Positions 39,141-48,687 of a DNA stretch of 64,000 nt are shown piece by piece. The notes beneath the pieces are model-generated. The model made no database searches, was not told the DNA's origin, and saw only the letters and a list, made by a program, of their open reading frames with translations. This DNA is from a virus, in IMG/VR virus record IMGVR_UViG_3300028654_000012, positions 1-64,000 of that record. The stretch is one strand, 5' to 3'. Position 1 is the first letter of the stretch. Each line of letters opens with the position of its first letter. The translations under genes and the position numbers were made by a program.

Positions 39141-42100
39141 ATGAGTATAATTCCGCAGGTAGTTATAAACTTAACCGACGAGGCTATTACTCTGTTCGAC
39201 GTCAGAGCATGGAATACTAAGCCTATCGTTCTACCTCCTTTCAACACTCAGCCTGGCGGCGTTCCTGTAGATCTTTCCCTTCTTGCTCTTGATGTAGATT
39301 TAACTAAATCTTTCCATTTGAAGCATTTATATCGCACAGGAAAGATTCACGTAAACTCTACTTTCTTAGTTAGCCAGCTTCAAGCTGGTACGATGGGAAT
39401 TGATGAAGTAGCAATAATCGGAATTCCTACTGTCGGCCAAGCCCCCATCGCCACGAGCCCGACTACTGCTGTCTGGCAGAGTCTTCCGGTAACGCTTCCT
39501 CCTTCAGGACCTGCTGGCGGAGATTTATCAGGAACCTATCCTAATCCTACTGTTGTCTCCGCAGCCGGAAATTTTACAGTAGCGGCGGGACAAATTCTTA
39601 CCCCTACTATTACTTCTTTACTAGGATCTGGAACCGCTCTTTCGATTCGAGCTAATGATGGACAAGGAGGTGCTCCTGGAGGTACTCTTTCTTTAGCTAG
39701 CGGAGCTAGTTCCGGGGGTTTGCCCGTAGGATCTGGAGCTACTATTACCCTTGCAGGAGCACTAAGTCCTGCTACAATTTCGATGGTAGCTGGAAATAAT
39801 GGTTTTGGAACTACTGGAGCATCTTTCAGTCTGGCAGGAGCGGCAGGAGGAGTAGGCGGAGATGCTACTCTTACGGGTGGAACGGGTCAAGGTAACCATG
39901 GCGGCTACATTAATCTTAATACAGGTGGAGGAAGTAGCTCAGGAGCTATCCTCTTTCAGATCGCTGGAACTGAGGCTGCTAGAGTAGATGCATCAGGTTA
40001 TTTCGGTATTGGAACTACTTTACCTTCTACGGCTCTTACTGTTCAAGGAGCCACTAATTATGGCGTAATTAAAGTTCTGAGTGCAGCTCCTGGCGGTGAA
40101 GCTAGTATTGGCTTTAGGCCAATTGATGGGACTGACGGAGGCGTTAACGATTGGGTTATTGGCTCTACAGTTAACGGTAGTGGAAATAATTTTGTTTTCT
40201 GGAATCAATCTAATAACTTAATTACAATTGATCCCTCAGGCAATATGAATCTTGCCTTTGGAGGATTAACTGCGAATAGTTTAACTACTCCTACTCTGCA
40301 AGTTAATGGCTTAGAGACGATAGTTGGCTCTGACAATGGATTTCCAGGTAACGGTTTAGTAATTGTCCCTCCTAATCACACACAGACTGCTACTTATGGG
40401 TGGGGCGGAATAACAACTTCGTCTATCTTCGTCATACAGACTGGAGGGGGGCAGAATCTTTACCTCAATCCCTCATTCGCCGGCGGCTTCGTTGGCATAG
40501 GTATTGATCCCAATGTAGGATCTCCTTTAGGTCCTTTACAGGTTCGTGCGGCGGCTGATATAAATCTTTTGGTAAATGCCGCAGCTGGAGCTCTTACCCT
40601 CTCTGCTATTAACGATGTAAATAGTGCTAATGTACCTTTTGCGATTCGAGCTTCTAGTCTATCTCTCGATAATGGTGCAATTACTACTGATGGTAGTGGT
40701 AATGCTACTTTCAGAAGTGTAGCTATCAGTACTGATGGTTCTCCCATTTTTTCAGCAGGGTATGACCTCAAAATTAGAAGCACCACCTCTCTCTTAGGGA
40801 TTCACACCGATTATACGGGAGGTATCCCCACTCTAGAATTTGGTTGTGGTGATGTAGGTACTATTGCTCGAATTACTACTAATGGATCTACGAATCCTAT
40901 TGTGCTTAGTGCGGGAGGAGTTGATAGTGTATTGTTCTCTCCTGCGGGGCAAGTTGGATTATATGGAAATAATACTTCTCTAGGCGCCCTCGATATAGGA
41001 GGTAATCTTCTCATCTCTACCGCCTCGGTTATTAATCCTGCTCCAGGTAATACCGGAAGTATAAATATCTTTGCAGGTAATACCCAAGATTCTGCGGCTG
41101 TTGCAGGTAATATAAATATAGCTGCTGGTGCTGCGAATACTAATGGCGCTTCAGGCGGTAATGTCTCCATTAGCGGAGGATATTCCGTAGGAGGAGTTGT
41201 CGGAGGGCCGAGCTTAACTCTTTATGGAGCTCAAGGCAATCCAGGTACTCAAGTATCGGGTGCAGCAGCTATTAATGGCGGAACGAATGGTCAAGGAGAT
41301 GGTGGCGCAGGCATCCTTCTAAATCCGGGGAATGGATCAATCGGGGGCGGCTCCGTAAATATAAGCGCAGGAAGTTCTGCGAGTAGGCCTGGAGGAGATA
41401 TTATACTTTCTCCGGGAGTAGGTAGCACTACAGGTCACGTTCAAATTCTAGATGGCTCCCAAGGTGTAGGCAAGGTTCTAACCTCTGATGCTTCGGGTAA
41501 TGCTTCCTGGCAAGCTTCCGCAGGATTTGCGATAGGTTCGGTAATTGCTACCTACATAACGGGAGTGCAGTCCTCAGCTTTCGCCACTTTCGATGGCGTT
41601 AATATGTGGGTTAGTGGCCAAGGAAGTTCAGGTACTCTTGCAAAGATATCTCCTGATGGAGTAAGTACTGTACTCGGAGGAATAGGTTCCTATCCTTACG
41701 GACAGGTTTTTGACGGTAAGAATATATGGGTTCTGGGAAATAATGCGGAAACCATTATCAAGGTTGAACCTAATGGTACTACAACTCCTTATCCTCTTCC
41801 AATTAATAATCCTATATTTGGAGCTTTCGATGGTACTAATATTTGGGTTACCGATGGAACTAGTAATGCTGTCGTAAAAGTAGCTCCAGACGGAACTCCT
41901 ACTGCTTATACGGGAGCGGTATCTAATCCTTACGGTATAGCCTTTGATGGTCAAAATATGTGGGTGGCTAATTCGACGGATGGATCTGTTTCTAAAATAG
42001 ATCCTAGCGGGGTCATGACCAATTATCCTATCCCAGGTGTTTCTCAGTCTTACGGTATAGCCTTCGATGGTGCTAATATGTGGGTAACAAGTCCTATAGA

Positions 42101-42638
42101 AGGGGCCGTTACCGAAGTAGCACCTGATGGATCAGTTATTGCTACTTACTTCGGAATTCCTGGAGCCATATGGATTGCTTTCGACGGCACTAACATGTGG
42201 GTGGTTAGTAATACTGTAGGAGATGTTACTCGCGTTGCTCCCGATGGATCATTTATTTCCTATCCCGGAGTTACAGGTTTCTCAAACGGTATAGCCTTTG
42301 ATGGTCAAAATATGTGGGTGGTTGGCGGTGCTGATAATACTATTAGTGAAGTTCAAGCTCTACCCCACTTTTATAGAACCAATTCTCCTTCAGACTTAAC
42401 AGGATTTGCCTTAGCTAGTTCTATAAAGGGCGCACCTTCTAGCAGTGCAACTGTAGCCGTTCCGATCTCTTCGGTTACTACTTACACCGTAACTCATAAT
42501 TTAGGATACTATCCATTAGTACAGATTCTAAATAGCTCAGGCTTCATGGTTATTCCTAATTCTCTATTCCATACAGATATGAATAACTTTACAGTAACTT
42601 TTACTCTTCCGGTAACAGGCACGATCATTTACAGGTAA
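39141..42638 (+). CDS. Giant fibre/adhesin with a C-terminal 7-blade beta-propeller
   Basis: 1165 aa. N-terminus homologous to the 3522 protein; G-rich beta-helical repeats; seven FDGxN[MI]W repeats. Confidence 0.75.
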   Translation: MSIIPQVVINLTDEAITLFDVRAWNTKPIVLPPFNTQPGGVPVDLSLLALDVDLTKSFHLKHLYRTGKIHVNSTFLVSQLQAGTMGIDEVAIIGIPTVGQAPIATSPTTAVWQSLPVTLPPSGPAGGDLSGTYPNPTVVSAAGNFTVAAGQILTPTITSLLGSGTALSIRANDGQGGAPGGTLSLASGASSGGLPVGSGATITLAGALSPATISMVAGNNGFGTTGASFSLAGAAGGVGGDATLTGGTGQGNHGGYINLNTGGGSSSGAILFQIAGTEAARVDASGYFGIGTTLPSTALTVQGATNYGVIKVLSAAPGGEASIGFRPIDGTDGGVNDWVIGSTVNGSGNNFVFWNQSNNLITIDPSGNMNLAFGGLTANSLTTPTLQVNGLETIVGSDNGFPGNGLVIVPPNHTQTATYGWGGITTSSIFVIQTGGGQNLYLNPSFAGGFVGIGIDPNVGSPLGPLQVRAAADINLLVNAAAGALTLSAINDVNSANVPFAIRASSLSLDNGAITTDGSGNATFRSVAISTDGSPIFSAGYDLKIRSTTSLLGIHTDYTGGIPTLEFGCGDVGTIARITTNGSTNPIVLSAGGVDSVLFSPAGQVGLYGNNTSLGALDIGGNLLISTASVINPAPGNTGSINIFAGNTQDSAAVAGNINIAAGAANTNGASGGNVSISGGYSVGGVVGGPSLTLYGAQGNPGTQVSGAAAINGGTNGQGDGGAGILLNPGNGSIGGGSVNISAGSSASRPGGDIILSPGVGSTTGHVQILDGSQGVGKVLTSDASGNASWQASAGFAIGSVIATYITGVQSSAFATFDGVNMWVSGQGSSGTLAKISPDGVSTVLGGIGSYPYGQVFDGKNIWVLGNNAETIIKVEPNGTTTPYPLPINNPIFGAFDGTNIWVTDGTSNAVVKVAPDGTPTAYTGAVSNPYGIAFDGQNMWVANSTDGSVSKIDPSGVMTNYPIPGVSQSYGIAFDGANMWVTSPIEGAVTEVAPDGSVIATYFGIPGAIWIAFDGTNMWVVSNTVGDVTRVAPDGSFISYPGVTGFSNGIAFDGQNMWVVGGADNTISEVQALPHFYRTNSPSDLTGFALASSIKGAPSSSATVAVPISSVTTYTVTHNLGYYPLVQILNSSGFMVIPNSLFHTDMNNFTVTFTLPVTGTIIYR

Positions 42639-42642
42639 TCAA

Positions 42643-45600
42643 ATGGAAATTATAGGTAACTTAATTGTAGACGGAACGTCTCTCCTTGATGATGGGGCTA
42701 TCACTACTGATGGTGCAGGTAATATTACTGCTAACAGTATAACGGCCGCTGTAACTGGAACTTCTACTACTGCAATCAACTTGCAGGGCGGGGCAATAGG
42801 GGAGATTCCGTTTCAGACAGCTACAGATGCTACGGGATTTGACTCCCTATTTAATTGGAATGACGCTTCCCACTATTTAGGTATTGGCACTTCTACTCCT
42901 GGCTACGGTGTTGATCTTTATGGAAATGTAGGCGGAGCGGGTACTAAAGGGGTATTCCGGGCAGTAGGTGATGGAGTAAACGGTTTCTTTAGAGCTGAAG
43001 CTTACGGAGTTAGTAGTTCAGGGGCTATTACTGGCGGCTTAAGTATGAGAGGTGCCCGAGGGAGCTTCGCTGTTCCTACTGCAGTGCAGCAGAATGATAT
43101 CATAGGTTCTGTAAACTATAGAGGTCATGACGGTACCGCATTTCCAGGTAGCCCTACGGTCAGTATATTTGCAAATACCTCTGAAATATGGACTCCTACA
43201 GCTCATGGTACTAATCTTATCATGAACTGGACTCCTACAGGTACTATTACTCAGACAGGCCAGCTAGTACTAAATGGATCTTCTTCTGGAGGTGTAGTAA
43301 ACAACATAGCTCTAGGGCTAGTGCAGCCGGGATCTCCGGGGGTAAATCTTAATTTTAATCGTCCTAGTGGTAACGCTTCGCTCATTAATAATGCTGTTGG
43401 AGGGTCTTTAAGTCTCAATGCCCAAACTGCTGGGGGAATTGTAAATGTTAATGCTAACAACGGCATTAATGTTGTTACTAGTAATAATAATGTTAATCTC
43501 ACTGCAGGCAATGGTGTTTTCATCCAGTCTGGTAATGCGGGGGGAACTAGCGGATTCAACGTTAACTGTTCGGCTGCCAACGGCGGCGTTAACATTAATT
43601 CAGGAACTACCGGTCGCGTAGATATTTCCGCAGGTCTCAGTGCAGGTGGCCAAGGTATTACAATGCACTCTGGACCTGGTGGATTTACAGTTCTCGCAGT
43701 GGGAGGAGGTAACGTTAATTTACAGCCTGGAGGTGATATTAATTTGACACCTACTGGAAATGTAGGCGTTAATACTTCAGGTACATTCAATGTTAACACC
43801 GCCAATCTCAATGCCTCAAACGGAACATTAAGGGTAATTTCGACTTCTGGGCCCGCGTTCTTAGAGTTGGTAGCTCCGGGACAGCCCCAATGGAATGTAG
43901 TTGTTGATAATGGCAACGGCCATTTCTTTATCCAGAATAATAGTACGGGCGCACAGATAGTTTCCCTCGATAAGAATGCCCCTAATAATTCTATTAACGT
44001 AGATTCTGCGGGAACGGTACATTTAGCGACGGGCTTAAATGTGTCTCCATCTGCAGGCTCTGCTGTTATAGAGTTAGATGGCCATCCCGCCACGTGGCAG
44101 CTTATTTCGCAGAATGCTTCTGGTGCCTTTAGTATTAGAAGTGTTTCCGGCTCAGCTAATACGGTCAATATCGAGTCTGGCGCTCCGCAGAATTCTTTAT
44201 ACATTGGAGCTTCTGGCGTAGGTATTGATACTGCTAATGTAACAAGACAGCTCACAGTAGGAGGGTCAGGGCAAATTCTGGCGGGGACGGAATCAGCGGG
44301 ATTGTTACTTCTTCCAGGTCTTATTTTTGCAGCAGGTTCTGGAGATATTAACGTAGTTACAGACTTTGGTAGAGTTAAGCTTCAGGACTCCACTGGCGGT
44401 GCAACAGCTATGTATCTCACCGGAGGTTTGCTAGGGCTTGGTACTCAGACGCCTGGTTTCAAGCTTGATGCAGTAGGAGATATCAATACTTCTACGGTTT
44501 ATCGCGTAGGAGGCTTCCCTGTAATGGATGGTCTGGGAGCTTACGCTCTTAAAGACTCTGGGGGTACTGTAGATGTTTCTGCCGCAGCAGCTCCTAGTAC
44601 GGGGCAGGTATTAACCGCAACTGATGCTAATCATGCTACGTGGCAAACTCCTTCAGGAGGAGCTCCTCCAACAGGAACTGTATTAGGATCCTTCACTGTA
44701 TCTGACTTTACCGAAGCTCTATGTTTTGACGGTACTTATATCTGGACAGCAAATTCATTTAGTGGTCCTGGAAGCGTATGTAAGCTCTTGGCATCGACTG
44801 GAGCGCTAGTAGCTACTTATACGGTGGGAACGCGGCCGACTGGCGTGACTTATGACGGTAACAATATCTGGGTTACTAACGTAACAGATAATACTGTAAG
44901 CCAAATTGTAATCGAGAGCGGCGTAGTTCTAGGGCCTTATCCAGTTCAGACTCTTCCGTGGGAATCTACTTTTGATGGAACTTATCTCTGGGTAGTATGT
45001 GAGGGAGGATACTTACAGAAGCTAGCTGCTTCCGGAGGCTCAGTAGGATCCGTATTGCAGACTATTAGTTTACCTGGCGTTAGTCCCTTCGCTGTTTGTT
45101 TTGATGGTACAAATGTATGGGTTGCAAATTCAGGCGGGAATACTGTAACTAAAGTTCTCGCCGCGGATGGGAGTATTGTAGGAACTTATGCAGTAGGAGC
45201 TAGTAACTGCCAGCCGGGAGCTGTTCTGTTCGACGGTACCTATATTTGGACTGCTAACTACAACGATAGTACGGTAGGTAAGATTTTAGCTTCTACAGGA
45301 GCTCCTGCTAATGGCGCTCCATTTGCGACCGGCTCAGCTAATCCGTTCAAGATGACTTACGATGGTACCTATATTTGGGTGCTTAATCAGTCGGATACTC
45401 ATTGCGACCAGATTCTTGCAGAGACGGGTGAAGTCGTAGCTACTTTCCCTACTAATGCATTTACAGATGGTATTTGCTTTGCAGGTGATAGTATCTGGAT
45501 TGGTATTTACTTTGGATTTAACCAGGTAGGAAAGCTTGCAGATACTGTTCCTCCCTTCCACCCCAATATATTACCTCGCGCAGCACTTCTCTCTGCAGGC

Positions 45601-46590
45601 CTGGCTCTACCAGCAGGAGCTGCTGGAGGGGATTTATCTGGCTCGTATCCAAATCCGGCGGTAAAAGCTATTGATGGTGTTCTTATATCCGGAGTTCCTA
45701 TGGCCGGCCAAGTTCTAGTAGCTATAGATGGCACTGATGCTTCTTGGCAAGATATTGTATCCGGATCAGGTTCTGCCGGCTCCTTAACAGCGTGGACAGG
45801 ATCTTCTACCTTAGGGAATGCTTCGAGCTTTACAGTTTCAGGTAATGTAATCGCTACGGGGCAGTCGGTTGTTTACGGAGGAACTAATAACACCGTTTCA
45901 GATGCTATTAACGGGACAGGTTTAGGTATTTTTGCGGGCTATAATAATACTATCACTGGAGATATAGGTTCCGTAATTGCTGGGGGTAATAGTAATCAGA
46001 TTTTAGATGCGGGTAATCATAATAACGCAGCTAACTTCATAGGCGGAGGTACTAGTAATCTTATCGACGGAGATACGGGAGGAGGGGGAGGTCATAGTGC
46101 TATCCTCGGAGGTTACGGTAATCACATCGATGGAAACGCCGGCGGAGATGGTATAATTCTCGGGGGATCTACTAATCTCATCACGTGTGGCAATGGCGTA
46201 ATTATTAACGGTAGTAGTAATGTTGTATCAGGATTTAACTCTATTGCGGCAGGTCAGCAAGCTGTTGCGGCTAATAATTATGCATTCGTATGGGCAGACT
46301 CCACAGCATCTCCTTTTTCTTCAACGGCAGATAATCAATTCTCTATCCGCGCATCAGGCGGAATCTACTTAAAAGGCCCTGTATCTGTTGTTGATGGCAC
46401 TCAAGCTGTGGGATATGTTCTAACTTCAGATGCCTCAGGTAATGCTTCGTGGCAGGCGCCTAGTGCTCCTTCTCCGTTTCCTCTTCTAGCATCCGATCCA
46501 GGAAGCCCGACTACAGGTCAAACGTGGTTTAATACCACTGATAGCCAGTTCAAAGGTTATAACGGTACTTCTATCGTAATCTTAGGATAA
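42643..46590 (+). CDS. Giant fibre/adhesin with an internal 7-blade beta-propeller
   Basis: 1315 aa. Seven [FY]DGxxIW repeats, GG..N-type beta-helix repeats near the C-terminus, and a terminal PTTGQTWFNTTDSQFKGYNG. Confidence 0.75.
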   Translation: MEIIGNLIVDGTSLLDDGAITTDGAGNITANSITAAVTGTSTTAINLQGGAIGEIPFQTATDATGFDSLFNWNDASHYLGIGTSTPGYGVDLYGNVGGAGTKGVFRAVGDGVNGFFRAEAYGVSSSGAITGGLSMRGARGSFAVPTAVQQNDIIGSVNYRGHDGTAFPGSPTVSIFANTSEIWTPTAHGTNLIMNWTPTGTITQTGQLVLNGSSSGGVVNNIALGLVQPGSPGVNLNFNRPSGNASLINNAVGGSLSLNAQTAGGIVNVNANNGINVVTSNNNVNLTAGNGVFIQSGNAGGTSGFNVNCSAANGGVNINSGTTGRVDISAGLSAGGQGITMHSGPGGFTVLAVGGGNVNLQPGGDINLTPTGNVGVNTSGTFNVNTANLNASNGTLRVISTSGPAFLELVAPGQPQWNVVVDNGNGHFFIQNNSTGAQIVSLDKNAPNNSINVDSAGTVHLATGLNVSPSAGSAVIELDGHPATWQLISQNASGAFSIRSVSGSANTVNIESGAPQNSLYIGASGVGIDTANVTRQLTVGGSGQILAGTESAGLLLLPGLIFAAGSGDINVVTDFGRVKLQDSTGGATAMYLTGGLLGLGTQTPGFKLDAVGDINTSTVYRVGGFPVMDGLGAYALKDSGGTVDVSAAAAPSTGQVLTATDANHATWQTPSGGAPPTGTVLGSFTVSDFTEALCFDGTYIWTANSFSGPGSVCKLLASTGALVATYTVGTRPTGVTYDGNNIWVTNVTDNTVSQIVIESGVVLGPYPVQTLPWESTFDGTYLWVVCEGGYLQKLAASGGSVGSVLQTISLPGVSPFAVCFDGTNVWVANSGGNTVTKVLAADGSIVGTYAVGASNCQPGAVLFDGTYIWTANYNDSTVGKILASTGAPANGAPFATGSANPFKMTYDGTYIWVLNQSDTHCDQILAETGEVVATFPTNAFTDGICFAGDSIWIGIYFGFNQVGKLADTVPPFHPNILPRAALLSAGLALPAGAAGGDLSGSYPNPAVKAIDGVLISGVPMAGQVLVAIDGTDASWQDIVSGSGSAGSLTAWTGSSTLGNASSFTVSGNVIATGQSVVYGGTNNTVSDAINGTGLGIFAGYNNTITGDIGSVIAGGNSNQILDAGNHNNAANFIGGGTSNLIDGDTGGGGGHSAILGGYGNHIDGNAGGDGIILGGSTNLITCGNGVIINGSSNVVSGFNSIAAGQQAVAANNYAFVWADSTASPFSSTADNQFSIRASGGIYLKGPVSVVDGTQAVGYVLTSDASGNASWQAPSAPSPFPLLASDPGSPTTGQTWFNTTDSQFKGYNGTSIVILG

Positions 46591-46593
46591 AAT

Positions 46594-47386
46594 ATGGGAA
46601 CAAAATATACGGTAGATAACAGCGGTGATTTAGCTCTCTCAGGTAACATAAGTATAGGCGGCCAATATCAGGTAGAAGGCGTTCAGCTTTCTAGTGAGGA
46701 TCTCTCCGACGGAGGTGCTCTTAATGCTTCTTCTGTAGGAGGCGTCACTTTATCAGGCACTCCTACTAGTGGACAAGTGTTGACGGCTACTAGCAGCACT
46801 ACTGCCGATTGAGAAACTCCCGCTGGTGGAGGTGGATCTCCCGGAGGCAGCTCAGGTAATATTCAATATAATAATTCAGGCTCCTTCGCAGGTAGTGGGG
46901 CAATGAATTTTGATGGCTCCAATATTTCTCTTACCGCGATAGGTACTGGCGGGGCTACTCTGGCAGGAGGTAATGGACATAATCTAGGAGTGGGAGGAAC
47001 TGTTACTATTAGTGGCGGTCCTACTAATGCAGGATCAGGAGGTTCCGTTAATATATCTGGAGGATCCTCTTTCTTCGCGGACGCGGTACCTGCAGGATCT
47101 ATCTCTCTAGTTGCAGGGAGTGCTGCTAACTTCGGGGACTGAGGGAAGTAATAGTTCTGTAGTTATATCAGCGGGAAGTCCTTCAGATATAACTCCTGCC
47201 TTAGAATTAGGTGTTGCTAATGGTGGACTGGAAACGCAAGGGCAGAGTCCTGTAAGTCCGTCTTACCCTACGACGGATGTAAATAATATTCTACTGGCTT
47301 ATCTGTTTACTCCAGGAAGCCCGTTACTGTCTAATACGACAGCTATTACTAATTCGGATATTAATAATAATGTACCTGGTAGATAA
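46594..47386 (+). pseudogene. Disrupted or chimeric fibre gene
   Basis: An in-frame TGA (46810-46812) sits at the conserved Trp of the GQVLTATSSTTAxWxTP motif. The same frame continues to 47142, and near 47126 the sequence switches, in the +1 frame, into the tail end of the ~110-aa repeat. Confidence 0.7.
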
Positions 47387-47409
47387 ATTAATTTAAGAGG
47401 AAATTCAAA

Positions 47410-47880
47410 ATGAAAATCAGATATGATGGAAGTGGGAACATCAACGCGGCGTGTGTAAATGCTTCTAATTTAGGGGGCTCTACAGTTGTTACGGTTCCTG
47501 ACAATGCAGCCCTTTTAGCTAACCCTTGGAAATATAAATGGAATGTTTCAACCAGCTCTTTAATTCTTAGAGAAGCTGTGGTTCTTACAACAACTGCGCC
47601 TTTGGTTGACGGAATTCCTACGGCGGCTGCAGATGGTTCAACAACTATTGTAGTTACCGTTAAAGCTTATACTCCTTCAGGGACGCTAGATACTTCTGCA
47701 ACCTTTCCGGTTGTTGTAAACGACGTTAACGCGCGGCCTCCTGTAGCTCCCGTGGCATCGGTCACATTGGTTGCAGGTGTTGCTACCTTTTCTCTTACTT
47801 CAGCTTCTGCTAAAAGAATGATTTTGGCGGCCAGCTCTCCCAACGTGTTTAGCGGATCTCTTACAGCCGTCTTCGCTTAA
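47410..47880 (+). CDS. Putative virion protein with an Ig-like (invasin/Big-type) domain
   Basis: AAADGSTTIVVTVKA...GVATFSLTS; GAGG RBS. Confidence 0.55.
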   Translation: MKIRYDGSGNINAACVNASNLGGSTVVTVPDNAALLANPWKYKWNVSTSSLILREAVVLTTTAPLVDGIPTAAADGSTTIVVTVKAYTPSGTLDTSATFPVVVNDVNARPPVAPVASVTLVAGVATFSLTSASAKRMILAASSPNVFSGSLTAVFA

Positions 47881-47935
47881 TAATTAGTCTCAGGGTTATA
47901 TCTAAAGTGTATTAATTATACTGGAGATATAATCT

Positions 47936-48667
47936 ATGCAAACAATAGTTGAGAGATGGACAAAGATATTAGGTGCTATAGCCTTAGTTGCTTTACTTAT
48001 TACTAGTGCTGTTTATATACACTTATATAATCTAGAAAAGCAAACAAGAGAGACACAGGAGGAGGCCGCTAAGGGCTTGCCTCCGGATGTTTTGGCCAAA
48101 TACATCTTAAAAAACAGAGAGCTTCTTTCGATGGTTAAGGACGCTCAAGGTAAGACGGTTGTCAAGACGGTTTATGTTCCTGATGAAGCTCAAGTAACAA
48201 TCGTCACTAAAGAAAAGGCTGATCTTCAGGGTAAATATGATTCTTTAATGTCTCAATTGTTAGCGGCTAAGACTCCTCAAGATATAGCCGCTATCCAGAC
48301 CAAGCTTAAAGGTGTGGTTGATCAGATAAATCAACCCGATACAGTCACCGTTAAGACTTGGGGTTTAACGTCAAGATTCGGATATGGATTAGTAATCTCA
48401 CCCTCAGTTAAAACGACAATTCCTTACAATGGGGGGTCTTTAAATCTACCTGTAACTCCATCATTAGATTGGAAGTGGGGTTATGCAGGAAGATACTCGG
48501 GTATTTTACAGATTAATCCGGTATTCGTGGGGCCTGGGCTTACTCGTCATATAGACGATTTCACGCCTTCGTTTCTTCACATGAACAACTTAGAGCTCGG
48601 CGTCGTTGGTGGCGTAGGTTGGACTGGTGGAAAATACATAGGACTTGATTTGAGAAATAACTTCTAA
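47936..48667 (+). CDS. Membrane-anchored coiled-coil protein, spanin candidate
   Basis: N-terminal TM helix, central coiled coil, C-terminal amphipathic beta-strands ending in Phe; adjacent to a holin. Confidence 0.45.
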   Translation: MQTIVERWTKILGAIALVALLITSAVYIHLYNLEKQTRETQEEAAKGLPPDVLAKYILKNRELLSMVKDAQGKTVVKTVYVPDEAQVTIVTKEKADLQGKYDSLMSQLLAAKTPQDIAAIQTKLKGVVDQINQPDTVTVKTWGLTSRFGYGLVISPSVKTTIPYNGGSLNLPVTPSLDWKWGYAGRYSGILQINPVFVGPGLTRHIDDFTPSFLHMNNLELGVVGGVGWTGGKYIGLDLRNNF

Positions 48668-48687
48668 ATTATGTTTGAGATAATCGC

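Noticed and set aside
41590-42350. Near-identical DNA repeats as a possible CRISPR array or DGR template/variable repeat
   Set aside because: They are in-frame beta-propeller blades. There is no constant repeat-spacer period, no adenine-specific mismatch pattern and no reverse transcriptase in the window.
46810-46812. TGA-as-Trp recoding (genetic code 4/25) suggested by the TGA at a conserved Trp
   Set aside because: Trp is encoded by TGG in all other genes inspected, and TGA acts as a stop in ATGA overlaps (38872, 53878). A single site is better explained by mutation or sequencing error.
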